A stretch of DNA of 63,775 bases, filler included, from Octopus bimaculoides (GCF_001194135.2; 6 parts of 6 records of this genome joined end to end with filler, not necessarily neighbours in it), one strand, 5' to 3'; shown: positions 22,565 to 36,050, numbered from the whole stretch's first letter. Numbers and translations are program-made. Notes: generated by a model from the sequence alone, not told the origin.

Positions 22565-22914
22565 CTGAGGTCACAATATAATGGCTGTCCAATCAAAAGG
22601 TAGCTTTAAAGTAGTTCAACCAGCTAGAAATAGCAGTTACATCTCCCTCAAAGTACATCTTGACATTTAAAAAAAGAATAAAAAAAAGAAAATCAATTTC
22701 AATAATGTAGCCTTGGATACAAAAAAAATGGGATGGTCATGGCTGGTGTGTTTTTTGATAACTTTGATAGGTTTCAGCCAGTATTGGCTGGCTCAGACTA
22801 TATCTAACTTTAAAGCACTGCCTGCTGAAGTCTTTTAATCATATTCAGGGACACCATTGCTCACTGAAATACATCTGGGTGTCAGAATCCAGAGAGAAAT
22901 ACATACATACATCA

Positions 22915-23130
22915 TCATCATCATTCAGCAATCGCTTTCCATGCTGGTATGGATTGGATGGCTTGACAAAAGGGAGCAAGCCAGAGGACTATGCCAAGCT
23001 CTGTTGTCTGTTTTGACATGGTTTCTACAGCTGGATGTCTTTGCTAATACTAACCACTTTGCAGAGTGTACTGGATGCTTTTTTTTGTGACACCACCACT
23101 GGCAAGGTTGCTAAATACCTTGCAAGATAG
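22915..23130 (-). mobile_element. SINE family D
   Basis: catgctggtatggattggatggcttgac...ctacagctggatgtctttgctaatactaacc; homologous to 16370. Confidence 0.7.
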
Positions 23131-23659
23131 GATAGACACACACATACACACACACACATACAAGACCACCTCAGCAGCATTATAAGCCCTCAAGAAAATC
23201 AATGCATTGAGTTTATATGTGTGTGTGTGTGTGTCTCTGTTCATACACCTGTCTTCGTCTTTTGTTTTTCTATAAATTTCAATAATATAAATAATATATA
23301 AATATATATATGCATACATACACATATATATGTACATACATATATTTGTATATACATGCTTATATGGGCACAGGACAACACAGAACATAAACAACATGAA
23401 ATACGAAAAACGAAAACATGGAATACGAACTTCTTTTGTGAACAATGAAAAAAACAAATAGAAAACAAGACAAGTAACATGAAAAAACGACCCTTCATCC
23501 GTTGTTAGCTGTTTTTATCCATGTTTAAGTGGGGATAAATATTACCTCTCAACATAAATAACTCGCCTCTGTCATTAATATATATTTTTTAACAAGTTCA
23601 CTAATTAATTGCGTGACATTGGTGCCTGTTCTGACACTGTTACTCTACATTTTCTTTTC

Positions 23660-23868
23660 TACTCTTGGCACAAGGCCTGAAATTTTGGGGGAGGGGGCCC
23701 GTCGATTAGATCGACCTCAGTATGCAACTGGTACTTAATTTATCGACCCCGAAAGAATGAAAGGCAAAGTCGACTTCAGCGGAATTTGAACTCAGAACGT
23801 AAAGACAGATGAGATACCACTAAGCATTTTGCCTGGCATGCTAACAGTTCTGCCAGCCCCCCACCTTA
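23660..23868 (-). mobile_element. SINE family B
   Basis: ctggtacttaatttatcgaccccgaaagaatgaaaggcaaagtcgac...gaatttgaactcagaacg. Confidence 0.8.
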
Positions 23869-24091
23869 CTCTACATATTACTTTTTTTTTTTTTNNNNNN
23901 NNNNNNNNNNNNNNNNNNNNNNNNNNNNNNNNNNNNNNNNNNNNNNNNNNNNNNNNNNNNNNNNNNNNNNNNNNNNNNNNNNNNNNNNNNNNNNNNNNNN
24001 NNNNNNNNNNNNNNNNNNNNNNNNNNNNNNNNNNNNNNNNNNNNNNNNNNNNNNNNNNNNNNNNNNNNNNNNNNNNNNNNNNNNNNNNNNN

Positions 24092-24355
24092 AAACATTTC
24101 ACCTGGCGTGCTAACGTTTCTTATTTGTTTATTGCCCACAAGGGGCTAAACATAGAGGGGACAAACAAGGACAGACAAACGGATTAAGTCGATTACATTG
24201 ACCCCAGTGCGTAACTGGTACTTAATTTATCGACCCCGAAAGGATGAAAGGCAAAGTCAACCTCAGCGGAATTTGAACTCAGAACGTTGCGGCAGACGAA
24301 ATACCGATATGCATTTCGCCCCGGCATGCTAACGTTTCTGCCAGCTCACCACCTT
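24092..24355 (-). mobile_element. SINE family B, young copy
   Basis: Full body with CpGs retained; reverse complement of the 21820-type consensus. Confidence 0.8.
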
Positions 24356-27072
24356 ATTTCTGGTGAGGAGATGAGTGGCTGTTGTCTCTAGCAGTTAAAT
24401 AGCCATCATTGACAAGATCAAGGAATGTCAATTTATTTCCCCACTAGTGATATAAACAACCATGCATTTTCTACCAAGAGCCAGTATGAGAGTTTCTCTC
24501 ATGGCATCTACCACTGTACAGTTTGTTCTAACAGAACAACCACATTTAAGTGGCAATAAATATTACCTTTTGGTATTAATACTGCTTCTGTTGCTAATAT
24601 ATATAGGATGTGTTGATAAGATTTCAGTCTAAGATTTTACCATATTTGCTAGCATTTAAGACACACTTTTTACCTTCAATAAACATCTTAGAAAGTCACC
24701 TCAAGTACTATATATGAAGTTGGTCTTCCCATAAGCTTTTACTGTACTAAAAATTATTTTTTCTGAAATGCACTGCTGAAATCAGGGTGTGTTTAATATA
24801 CCCTAGTCTTTTTATACCATCAAGTTCAGTAATTTCTTTTAGAATATTTAATAAGGATAGTTTTGGGTGGGTTGGTGTGGAAATGGTGAAGCCCTTGATA
24901 AGAGGAAGATAATTCTAAGGTCATTAAAGGGTTAAATGGTTATTTTTAATTAGAAAGAAAAGAGTTTATACACTGATGTAATTAAACTGTTCAGTGTGAG
25001 TTGTTTATTAAAATGTAAAGTGCATCTGTAATATATACATTTTGTGTGTGTTTATGTGAGTGTGTGTGTGTGTGTACATGCGTGTTAACATTTTGTTTAT
25101 GTAGTATACAAATATATGCATGCACACACACACACACACATAAATGTGCTACAGGACACCTTTACATAAATGAAAAAGTGTATATGTATCTGTATGTATG
25201 TATGCATGTATGTGTATCTGTCTAACTATATATATGTGTATGTGGGTATGTATATGAATATCTATATACATGTGTATGTATATATATATTTATATACATG
25301 TAAGTATCATAATGTGATGGTGATGATGATACATACATGCATATACTATATATATGTACATATGCATATGTGTGTATGTATATATATATATGTATTTATG
25401 TATGTATATATGTATGTATTTATGTATGTATATATGTATGTATTTATGTATGTATATATGTACGTGTATGAATATATATACATATATATGTACATGTGTA
25501 TATATATATATGTATACATGTATGTATGTATATATATATATATATGTATGTATATATATATATATATATANNNNNNNNNNNNNNNNNNNNNNNNNNNNNN
25601 NNNNNNNNNNNNNNNNNNNNNNNNNNNNNNNNNNNNNNNNNNNNNNNNNNNNNNNNNNNNNNNNNNNNNNNNNNNNNNNNNNNNNNNNNNNNNNNNNNNN
25701 NNNNNNNNNNNNNNNNNNNNNNNNNNNNNNNNNNNNNNNNNNNNNNNNNNNNNNNNNNNNNNNNNNNNNNNNNNNNNNNNNNNNNNNNNNNNNNNNNNNN
25801 NNNNNNNNNNNNNNNNNNNNNNNNNNNNNNNNNNNNNNNNNNNNNNNNNNNNNNNNNNNNNNNNNNNNNNNNNNNNNNNNNNNNNNNNNNNNNNNNNNNN
25901 NNNNNNNNNNNNNNNNNNNNNNNNNNNNNNNNNNNNNNNNNNNNNNNNNNNNNNNNNNNNNNNNNNNNNNNNNNNNNNNNNNNNNNNNNNNNNNNNNNNN
26001 NNNNNNNNNNNNNNNNNNNNNNNNNNNNNNNNNNNNNNNNNNNNNNNNNNNNNNNNNNNNNNNNNNNNNNNNNNNNNNNNNNNNNNNNNNNNNNNNNNNN
26101 NNNNNNNNNNNNNNNNNNNNNNNNNNNNNNNNNNNNNNNNNNNNNNNNNNNNNNNNNNNNNNNNNNNNNNNNNNNNNNNNNNNNNNNNNNNNNNNNNNNN
26201 NNNNNNNNNNNNNNNNNNNNNNNNNNNNNNNNNNNNNNNNNNNNNNNNNNNNNNNNNNNNNNNNNNNNNNNNNNNNNNNNNNNNNNNNNNNNNNNNNNNN
26301 NNNNNNNNNNNNNNNNNNNNNNNNNNNNNNNNNNNNNNNNNNNNNNNNNNNNNNNNNNNNNNNNNNNNNNNNNNNNNNNNNNNNNNNNNNNNNNNNNNNN
26401 NNNNNNNNNNNNNACACTCTTCTTCAACATCCACCCATAAACCCACCCGCCTTCCATTCCCCTGGTCGGTCAGTCCTTCCTTCGTTAAACCACATTCACA
26501 GCAAATAGAAACACAGCCGACACCACAGGACAGCTTTATTTGTTTTCCTGTTGACACCAGACAGTTTGACTCATTACAATGAAACACAAACAGAGACATA
26601 CAGACAGACGGGTAGACATAAGGGTAGTCAGCCAAATAATATTTCTGGAGGGTAGGGATGATCTTTATTGGCTTGAGATTTTTCTGTTTCAAATTCCATA
26701 CCTTCTCTCTTCCACTCCTTGGAAGACTTCACCTATTCACACCCAAAATGTTTGGAGATTCAGTGAATCCCTTTTGAAGAATAACTACGTGCTTATTTCT
26801 GAAGTGGATCCAGCCAAACACATTTTGAATAAAGAAAAATCTGTGATTAACAAGTTTGTTTTGTAACCATATGGTTGTGGGTTCAGTCCCACTGCACGGC
26901 ATCTTAGGCAGGTGTCTTCTACTATAGCTTCAAGTCAACTAATGCTTTGTGATTGAATTTGGTAAAGAAGAACTGTATATATATGCACAATACATGCATA
27001 TATATCTGTGTGTGTTTGTGTGTATGTATGTGTGTATATGTATTTATATATATTTATGTATTTATACACACA

Positions 27073-27107
<35 letters not shown>

Positions 27108-27612
27108 GAAAACTCCGAATGACCCGTCCTTGTTTTCTTTGTATCACCTAACTGTCTGGATGTTTTGCATTCTTGTCCCATTTTGTATTATATATATATA
27201 TATATATATTGGCATTAGGAAGGGTATCCAGCTGTAGAAACCAAGCCAAAACAGACTATAGAACTTGGTGTAGCCCCAGGCCTTGCCAATTCCTGTCAAG
27301 CCATCCAACCAATGCCAGCAAGGAAAACAGATATTAGATGCTGCTAATGATGATGATGATATATATGTATGTGCCTATGTTTCTATGTCTGTGTGTCTGT
27401 GCTTGTCACTTCCACCACTGCTTACTAACTGGTGTTAGTTTTTTAACATCCCTGTAAATTAGCAATTTGGCAAAAGATCCCAATAGAATAAGTACCAGAC
27501 TTTTAAAAAAAAATCATAATTCTTTGAGTTGATTTGTCTGACTAAAATTCTTTAAGAACGGTACCCCAGCATGGCCACAGCCAAATAACTGAAATGACTA
27601 AAAATGTGAATG

Positions 27613-27843
27613 ATATTTCGACATCTTGTGTGTCTTCAACGGGTTCAAATTTTTGACTATATCTTCAGGAGGAGTTACCTCAATCCATTCTATATTAACC
27701 AAAATGAAGTAGATTGACAAATTTATTTTTTTAACCCATTGAAGACACACAAGATGTCAAAATATCTTTCACTAGATAACAATGGCACTCTTCTTTTAAT
27801 TTTGACTCTATATCTTCAGGAGGAGTTACCTCAATCCTTTCTA

Positions 27844-27916
<73 letters not shown>

Positions 27917-27982
27917 TGGCACTCTTCTTTTAATTTTGACTCTATATCTTCAGGAAGAGTTACCTCAATCCTTTCTATATTA
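27613..27982. repeat. Local rearrangement: 33-bp inverted repeat plus three direct copies of a ~48-66-bp unit
   Basis: IR 27613-27645 / 27733-27765; tttgact(a/c)tatatcttcagga(g/a)gagttacctcaatcc(a/t)ttctatatta at ~27651, ~27800 and ~27935. Confidence 0.85.
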
Positions 27983-28457
27983 TCATTATTATAAACCTTT
28001 TGTAACTTTCGTCCTGTCTTTGTCCTTACATGTTTTTGATTGATATTAGCCCTTGTGGCCAATAAAACGAATTAATTATTATTATTGTTATTATCATTAT
28101 TATTATTATTATTCATTTGTTCTAAAAAGAAATCCATTTCCATTTGCAACTTTAATNNNNNNNNNNNNNNNNNNNNNNNNNNNNNNNNNNNNNNNNNNNN
28201 NNNNNNNNNNNNNNNNNNNNNNNNNNNNNNNNNNNNNNNNNNNNNNNNNNNNNNNNNNNNNNNNNNNNNNNNNNNNNNNNNNNNNNNNNNNNNNNNNNNN
28301 NNNNNNNNNNNNNNNNNNNNNNNNNNNNNNNNNNNNNNNNNNNNNNNNNNNNNNNNNNNNNNNNNNNNNNNNNNNNNNNNNNNNNNNNNNNNNNNNNNNN
28401 NNNNNNNNNNNNNNNNNTTCTGGTCTTCTGTCAGAAGTGTTTGTACAAAATGAGTCT

Positions 28458-28496
<39 letters not shown>

Positions 28497-28689
28497 CGGT
28501 CAATTTGGTGCTCTTAAGTTAGTTGCTGATCCCTTCTGTGCTGTTTTGGAATGTGGAATATCTAACCTTTGACAGTATTGAAATATCTAAGATTTCTTAC
28601 TTAAAAAAGTCAGAAAGGGCTCAGAGATATGCTGCCAGGAAGTGTTGAGGAAATGACAGTAAGTTGTGGCTTTTGTAAAGGCTACTGGC

Positions 28690-28710
28690 AGTGGTGACAG
28701 CACCAGCGTC

Positions 28711-28744
<34 letters not shown>

Positions 28745-28751
28745 TCATCAT

Positions 28752-28819
<68 letters not shown>

Positions 28820-29030
28820 CCACCACCACCGCTATCCTACACCATCATCATCATCATCACCACCACCACCGCTATCCTACACCATCATCATCATCATCAT
28901 CACCACCACCACTATCCTACACCATCATCATCATCATCATCATCATGACCACCACCACCACCACTATCTCTACTACTACCGTCATCATCATCACCATTGT
29001 CACCACCATCATAATCATGATCTTCGTTAT
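28690..29030. repeat. (CAT)n/(CAC)n array containing a 40-bp higher-order repeat
   Basis: (g/a)ctatcctac at 28831, 28871 and 28911. Confidence 0.9.
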
Positions 29031-29159
29031 TTAATGTCAATTTTTCTATGCTGTTGAGGTGAATGATTTTCTACAACTGGATGTCCTTCCTGTTGCTAAC
29101 CCTCACCTGTTTCCAAGCAATTCTGTCTGACCCATGCAAGCTTGGAAAAGAACATGTTA

Positions 29160-29298
29160 AATGAATGATGATAATGATGACAATGACAACGACAATGAAA
29201 GGGATGATGATGATGATGACAACGACGGTGACAATGATGATGATGATGACGACAACGACGACGAAGAAGAAGAAGAAGAAGAAGAAGTAGTAGTAGTT

Positions 29299-29349
<51 letters not shown>

Positions 29350-29350
29350 C
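29160..29350. repeat. Compound (GAT/GAC)n(GAA)n(GTA)n microsatellite
   Basis: Read directly from sequence. Confidence 0.9.
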
Positions 29351-29901
29351 CTGGGCAAGATCAAGTACTGCTGCTAATTGTGAGTAGCCTCATTAAACAT
29401 TGGTTTTAATACATTTTAGCTTCAGACACAATGAATAATTGAGTGGACATTGAAATTTAAAACAAAAAACAAAAAAAGCAATTGAAATAAGTCTTTAATA
29501 TATGATAAGTATTAAGTATTAAGTAGCATAATAAATTTCTGAGTGAATTTTTCCATTCAGTTCTCAGTTTTATAGTGTTTTCTCCTCCTGTTTCATTAAA
29601 CAGGTGGAAGGTCTTGATGTGTCACAGCTTAGTGTTTCAACACTAAATTCACAAATATTCTCTGCTTCTTCTCATTTACAATTTAGCATCACTGTTGTTA
29701 CTGCTTACTGGTTGCCAAGGAAACAGAACTTTCACATGACTACAAACACAAATGCAGCTGGTGACATACTAATATGGAGCTAGTATACTTAAAAACCTAC
29801 CATCATACTTTTTGACGTCCACTTTTCCATGTCTGCATGGATCAGATGGAATTTATCAAGTCGGGTTTACTATGGTTGGGTATTAAGGGTACTTTTCCAA
29901 G

Positions 29902-30080
29902 CCGGCGAGCTGGCAGAAATTGTTAGCACGCTGGGCGAAATGCCTTGTGGTATTTCGTCTGTCTTTACATTCTGTGTTCAAATTCCGCCAAGGTCAACTT
30001 TGCCTCTCATCCTTTTGAGACCGATAAATTAAGTACCAGTAGTGTACTGGGGTCGATCTAATCGACTGGCTCCCTCCCCA

Positions 30081-30085
<5 letters not shown>
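29902..30085 (+). mobile_element. SINE family B
   Basis: gccggcgagctggcagaaattgttagcacgctgggcgaaatgcc...ataaattaagtaccag...ggggtcgatctaatcgact. Confidence 0.8.
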
Positions 30086-30114
<29 letters not shown>

Positions 30115-30289
30115 TATGTGTGTGTGTATCTTTGTGTCTGTGTTTATCCCCCCACTATGTCTTGACAACCGATGTTGGTGTGTTTACATTGCCATAACTT
30201 AATGGTTCGGCAAAAGAGTCCAATAGAATAAATACTAGGCTTACAAAGAATAAGTCCTGGGGTCAATTTCTTCATCTAAAACCCTTTAA

Positions 30290-30389
30290 NNNNNNNNNNN
30301 NNNNNNNNNNNNNNNNNNNNNNNNNNNNNNNNNTTAATTAATTAANNNNNNNNNNNNNNNNNNNNNNNNNNNNNNNNNNNNNNNNNNNN
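30290..30389. other. Synthetic scaffold linker N44-TTAATTAATTAA-N44
   Basis: Identical in form to 15436-15535. Confidence 0.95.
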
Positions 30390-30952
30390 TTATGTTATTT
30401 TTTTTATTTATTTAACTCTTGTGAGCGGTCGGGTTCATTTCTAGTATTCTCGTTTGTGAGAGCACTCGAGTTTATTTCGGATATTCTCATTTAAAAAATT
30501 ATCCCTGGCTAATTGTTGAGAGGACGATAGAGTTGCCTTGGCGGTGGTTTGCGCTCTCTGAGTGCTCTTGTTCTTTTTAGTTTCATTTCCTTTTCCTTTT
30601 TCTTACTATTTTCATTGTCCTTTCCTTTTTCTTCTTTCTCTGTTTCTTTTCCAATAAGTAAACGACTTTTATTCGGTTACAGCTCTTTCAGCCATAATCA
30701 ACCACTAATCCAAATGTGAGTACCAGTGTGAAAGTATATAGATTTCTCAAAGCCCACCATTTCAATTAAACGTTTCTTTATTACCCAAAGGATTTTCAAG
30801 CATATATATATATCGGCGTGGCTGTGTGGTAAGGAGCTTGTTTCCTAACCACATGTTCGCGATCCAGTCCCACTGCATGGCAACATGAACAAGTGTTTTC
30901 TAATAAAGCCTGAGACCAACCAAATCCTTGTAATTGATTTGGTACAAGGAAA

Positions 30953-30992
<40 letters not shown>

Positions 30993-32143
30993 NNNNNNNN
31001 NNNNNNNNNNNNNNNNNNNNNNNNNNNNNNNNNNNNNNNNNNNNNNNNNNNNNNNNNNNNNNNNNNNNNNNNNNNNNNNNNNNNNNNNNNNNNNNNNNNN
31101 NNNNNNNNNNNNNNNNNNNNNNNNNNNNNNNNNNNNNNNNNNNNNNNNNNNNNNNNNNNNNNNNNNNNNNNNNNNNNNNNNNNNNNNNNNATATATATAT
31201 TTGTATTCTCTAAATTTTACCTGAAATTAGTTGAACGCAAAGGGAAATTAGAAAATTCCCTGAACAGTACATCAATATGGTTTAGGGAAAGAAGGAAAGT
31301 GCAGCGTGGTCTTCATTCATTTGTAAATGTCATTAACTATGTATGTTAAACAGAAATTCTTTCAACTAGGAAACGTGGTAGCATGATGGCGTCAAATTGG
31401 AACCCGTTCAATTTATGAATTAATATATTTTTCTCAATAATCTGCAAATGTAAACTGCTCTGTTAATATTTAAATTAAACTTTGATTTTAGAAAGTGATT
31501 GTATGTTGTGGGATCTATACCATTCTTAATTATCTTACGGGCCTAATTGATGGGGTACGTCACTAGCGAAGATCGACGATGCGTTATTATATTGAATTAT
31601 TGATAATGGAAATGAAATATCTTAATCACTAAATCCAATGATGTATCATTGTATGTTTATTACTTTTGAAGACGTTTGTGTTAAAGAAGAACACACTGAA
31701 ACTATAATATGAAAACGTTAAATTCATGAATTGAGTATATTTAGATAGAGTAACGTCGGGCTTCAATCTCATTTATTTGATAAGGAGAGTGAAATATCCA
31801 TTCTTCAAATTAAGAATATATATCAAAGGTTACTCTTTCAGTTATCAATCAAAATATGTTCAGTGATAACATAAGACTTCAATCCGCCGTGGTAACTCTC
31901 TCTATTTTTAGTTAAAGTAAGCGAATGAAAAGAAAGTATTGCTTATCGTTCAAATTTTCATGGATTTATATTGTTTGGATTTTTCGATCCTCTCTCTCTA
32001 AAGTGCTTCAGTCAGCACTCACTCATTTTCTCTCCCCATTACATTTCCTTTATACTCACAGAGAAATCTACATAAACACGTACCCTCTCATATATACGTA
32101 TACTTACACACACACACACACATACACACACACACACACACAC

Positions 32144-32229
<86 letters not shown>

Positions 32230-32548
32230 TTATCTATATATATATATGTATATATATGTATATATATANNNNNNNNNNNNNNNNNNNNNNNNNNNNNNNN
32301 NNNNNNNNNNNNNNNNNNNNNNNNNNNNNNNNNNNNNNNNNNNNNNNNNNNNNNNNNNNNNNNNNNNNNNNNNNNNNNNNNNNNNNNNNNNNNNNNNNNN
32401 NNNNNNNNNNNNNNNNNNNNNNNNNNNNNNNNNNNNNNNNNNNNNNNNNNNNNNNNNNNNNNNNNNNNNNNNNNNNNNNNNNNNNNNNNNNNNNNNNNNN
32501 NNNNNNNNNNNNNNNNNNNNNNNNNNNNNNNNNNNNNNNNNNNNNNNN

Positions 32549-32583
<35 letters not shown>

Positions 32584-33082
32584 CATACACATATATACAC
32601 ATACATACATATGTATAGACATATATGCATATATATGTTTTGTATGTATGTGCATATACATTCAGACACACATATATATTGACATAGACACATATGTATT
32701 GATACATATATGCATACATATATATGTATGCTTCAAGATGTTTATAACTGATTACTGATTGCGTAAGATTCGCAGCCGATTCATAATTCAACGATGTACG
32801 TCTTAACCTTTCTTTCAAAAGAGCAATCCCTCTCGAAAGAAAATATGAAAGCTGAGATAAAACCTGTTTATTTATATACTCGGTGGATTCTTTATTGGCA
32901 TTAACAACAAGACATATATGCCACTTCACTGCAGAAAGCTGACAGCCTATAACATTTCAGATAAGCATAGTATATGAAGAGGGAATAGGGTATTTTAAGG
33001 GAAACTTAAAATGTTATGAAGTTCAAAAGCTGTCACTTACAACGAAAAATATGTTTCCGAAGATTTCTTGGTTGTCATACAG

Positions 33083-33229
33083 GTCAACATATAATGGTAA
33101 TAGCAATCTCTTGCACCAAGTGAGATCTGAGGTTTCAAATATTACGGAATTTGCCAATGCAGTAGATGCTGATGAGTTCTGCTTACAACTACTAAAAGCG
33201 CCATATTGGGTCAACCCTCACGTGAATAT
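33083..33229 (+). CDS. Candidate internal coding exon, product unidentified
   Basis: tttcttggttgtcatacAG|147 nt|GTAAGA; symmetric (phase 2-2); only one frame open: STYNGNSNLLHQVRSEVSNITEFANAVDADEFCLQLLKAPYWVNPHVN. Confidence 0.35.
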
Positions 33230-33605
33230 GTAAGATTGAAATTATTATTGAAAAGTCAATGTGTCATTAAGAATACCATGATATTTTACACGTTATTTAA
33301 GTATCAGCAAAATACATATCTCTGCGCGTTCTCTATGAATATAGATGAATATGTATGGAAGCAATCCTAGATGAATAATATATTTGAAAAGTACTAAATA
33401 CTAATCTACATAGAATATTATTCGTTTCAAATAAAAATAGCCGTTGTGGCACATTACAGAAATAAAGTATTACCTTGAGAAATTGCCTTCCATCCATTTT
33501 AAAATTTTCATTTAGTACTTTTTTTTTTTGCTTTTTTACGTTATTGACTTGATCGAATATTCGCTTAAATCACTGATATTTTCCCATTGATCTCTTCAAT
33601 GTCAG

Positions 33606-33653
33606 GAAGGACATTCGGTTTTATAATATCCAAACAAGCAGCAAACAATTTAT
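33606..33653 (+). CDS. Candidate 48-nt exon following 33083-33229
   Basis: tctcttcaatgtcAG|48 nt|GTAAAG; continues in phase as (M)KDIRFYNIQTSSKQF. Confidence 0.2.
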
Positions 33654-33946
33654 GTAAAGTAATGCCAAACCTGTCGAGTGATGAAAAGAAACCTAAGGAC
33701 ATTGTTTACCTTCTGGTTTCTGTTAACTTTACCAGTCATAACATTTAATAAGTTAACAGTTCTTATTGACAGGTCACTCAGTATGAAATGTATTGCATTC
33801 ACAATGTGGCACAAGGCCAGCAATTACGATGGATTATTCGAGTATATCGACCCCAGTGCTCAAATGATACATATTTAATCGACCTTGCAATAGAAATGCA
33901 AAATCGACGATGGGTGAATTTCGACTCAGAACGTAATCATTTTAGT

Positions 33947-34347
33947 GCAAATTTCGAGCCAGTGTACGACTAAAAGCAATTCAATGTGTATAGATATGAT
34001 AAAATAATGATATGAAGGGCCGTGAAGAAGAAGGGCATTTGTGCTGATCGTATGTACTGTTAGACCGCGTGTACTTTTATTTTATCATATATTATGTTCA
34101 TTGGAAACAGATTCATGCTTCCAATGAACATAATACCGCTAATCGTTTATTAAAATGACTAAAATACCAGATGCAACGTGAATCCGTTTCCAAAGAGCAT
34201 AATATATGAGAAAATAAAAGTACACGCGGTCTAAGAGTACATACGGTCAGCACAAATGCCCTTCTTCTTCACAGCTCTTCATATCATTATGTTCTTAGAG
34301 CTATTTACATTGAATTGCTTTTAGTCGTACACTGGCACGGAATTTGC
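33947..34347. repeat. ~400-bp foldback with ~165-bp arms and a nested perfect 17-bp hairpin
   Basis: gcaaatttcgagccagtgtacgactaaaagcaattcaatg...tgaagaagaagggcatttgtgctga...ttagaccgcgtgtactttt is mirrored at ~34180-34347. Inner hairpin tattatgttcattggaa / ttccaatgaacataata. Confidence 0.85.
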
Positions 34348-35683
34348 TCGACGTCATCAACTCTGCTGGAACATCCCGCACTTTCTAATGCTATCACAGT
34401 ACAGTAAACTATAACTATCATTAGAGAGAACTGAATTGGCTCAATATTGCACCATTACAAATGTAGAAAGTTTAGAATTGATAAAGGAGACAACGTTGTT
34501 GCTGAAATGAATTTGTGTACGTGGCAGTTAAATATTCATTGGGCCATGGTGGACTATGTTCTTATGTATCCATAAGATACTTGAATTTCTCTTGATTCTT
34601 AGTTTGTTGGCAAATAGTGAATATGTATATTTGCATGTGTGCATATAAATTGCATTTATTAGAAATGTTATATGAGTTACGGTATATTGAAGATTAGTTG
34701 CACATACGGTGCTCCAGCATGGCCGCAGTCAAATTATTAAAGGAAGTAAAAAAAAAAAATTATATAGACAAAGGAGTGGGTTTTTGGTAAGGAGCTTGTT
34801 TTCCAAGAACATGGTTCTGGGTTCAGTCTAACCGCGTGCCACTTTGGCGAAGTGTTTTCTACCATAGATTCAGGCCGGCCAAAGCCATGTGAGCGGATTT
34901 GGTACAGGTAACGAAATTTCACTAATTGTGAAAATGAACATGAAAGCTAAATTCATTTTATCATGAAATACATCTTGTAAAGGTTGGTACCTGTGTCACC
35001 AATCTTGGTTTTTCTACTGGATCAAATCTCAATTTTTTTATTCTGAAATGTAGCTATGCACCAGTCCGCTTCAAAAATGTTAACAGTTTTCCATTTAGTT
35101 CAGTACTGAATTAGTAACAAACCCTGTACTCTTCTGCGTGTGGACTTAAAAATATTATTCAACTACTTTCGTAGTTGAATGATAAATACGTACATATATA
35201 CAATAGTAACACACATGTAGACACGCTAACAAATATACAAATACACATATACGTAGATATATATAGCTACATACGAATATTCACATCAAGATAAATAAAT
35301 ATACCATAACCTATGTACGCATACAGATAAATTGAAAAACTGTCTGGTGTATTGAATATTGAAATAAGAAAATTGTTCAATAAATTAATATAATATAATT
35401 AAATGTAAAATGAATATATAAATTTAAAACAAATCTCTGTGTATGCGTTACTACGTGTATGTGTATGTATTACTAAATGCATATGTATGCTGTGATTAGT
35501 TCTTTGTGAATGTTTTTATATTAAACGTACATAACGTTTTTAATTTAAATTTATTTTACCATTAATTAATTTTCCCTGGGTATATACGACTTTTTCTTGT
35601 ACTAAATTTAATTCTTTAATTTAAGGTTATCGTCGATTTTAAATAATGACGTTAAATCGTAATTTTAATATAATATCACCAAT

Positions 35684-35732
<49 letters not shown>

Positions 35733-35769
35733 TAGACATATATACATATATAATTATATATTTACATAT

Positions 35770-36050
35770 TTGTGAGGCGTGAAGGCCCATGAGGTAGTGA
35801 GTTCGATTTCTGTAAGGAGCTGTACTGTGTGCTTGACTAAGACACCTTTTTAGATGTGGCTCCAGTTCACCAAATTCTAGAAATGATTTACAAAGTCACT
35901 GTTGTTTTTACCCTGGATAACATCACTCGCTTGGAGAAGGGAAACTAGTATGCATGGGTGACGGCTGGTCTTCCATAAACAGCCTTGAACCTCATTGTGG
36001 AACTTTCTAGGTGCAATCTCATGGTCATTCATGACCGAAGGGGGTCTTTA
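35770..36050 (+). mobile_element. SINE family F
   Basis: gaggcgtgaaggcccatgaggtagtgagttcgatttc...ggtcttccataaacagcc...catgaccgaagggggtcttta; tail shared with 15536-15640. Confidence 0.7.

Noticed and set aside
28576-29780. Plus-strand exon pair KGLRDMLPGSVEEMT + VEGLDVSQL..., or a TGA read as selenocysteine in RYAARKC*G
   Set aside because: The good acceptor leads to stops in all frames, the in-frame acceptor is weak, and no SECIS or known selenoprotein motif is visible.
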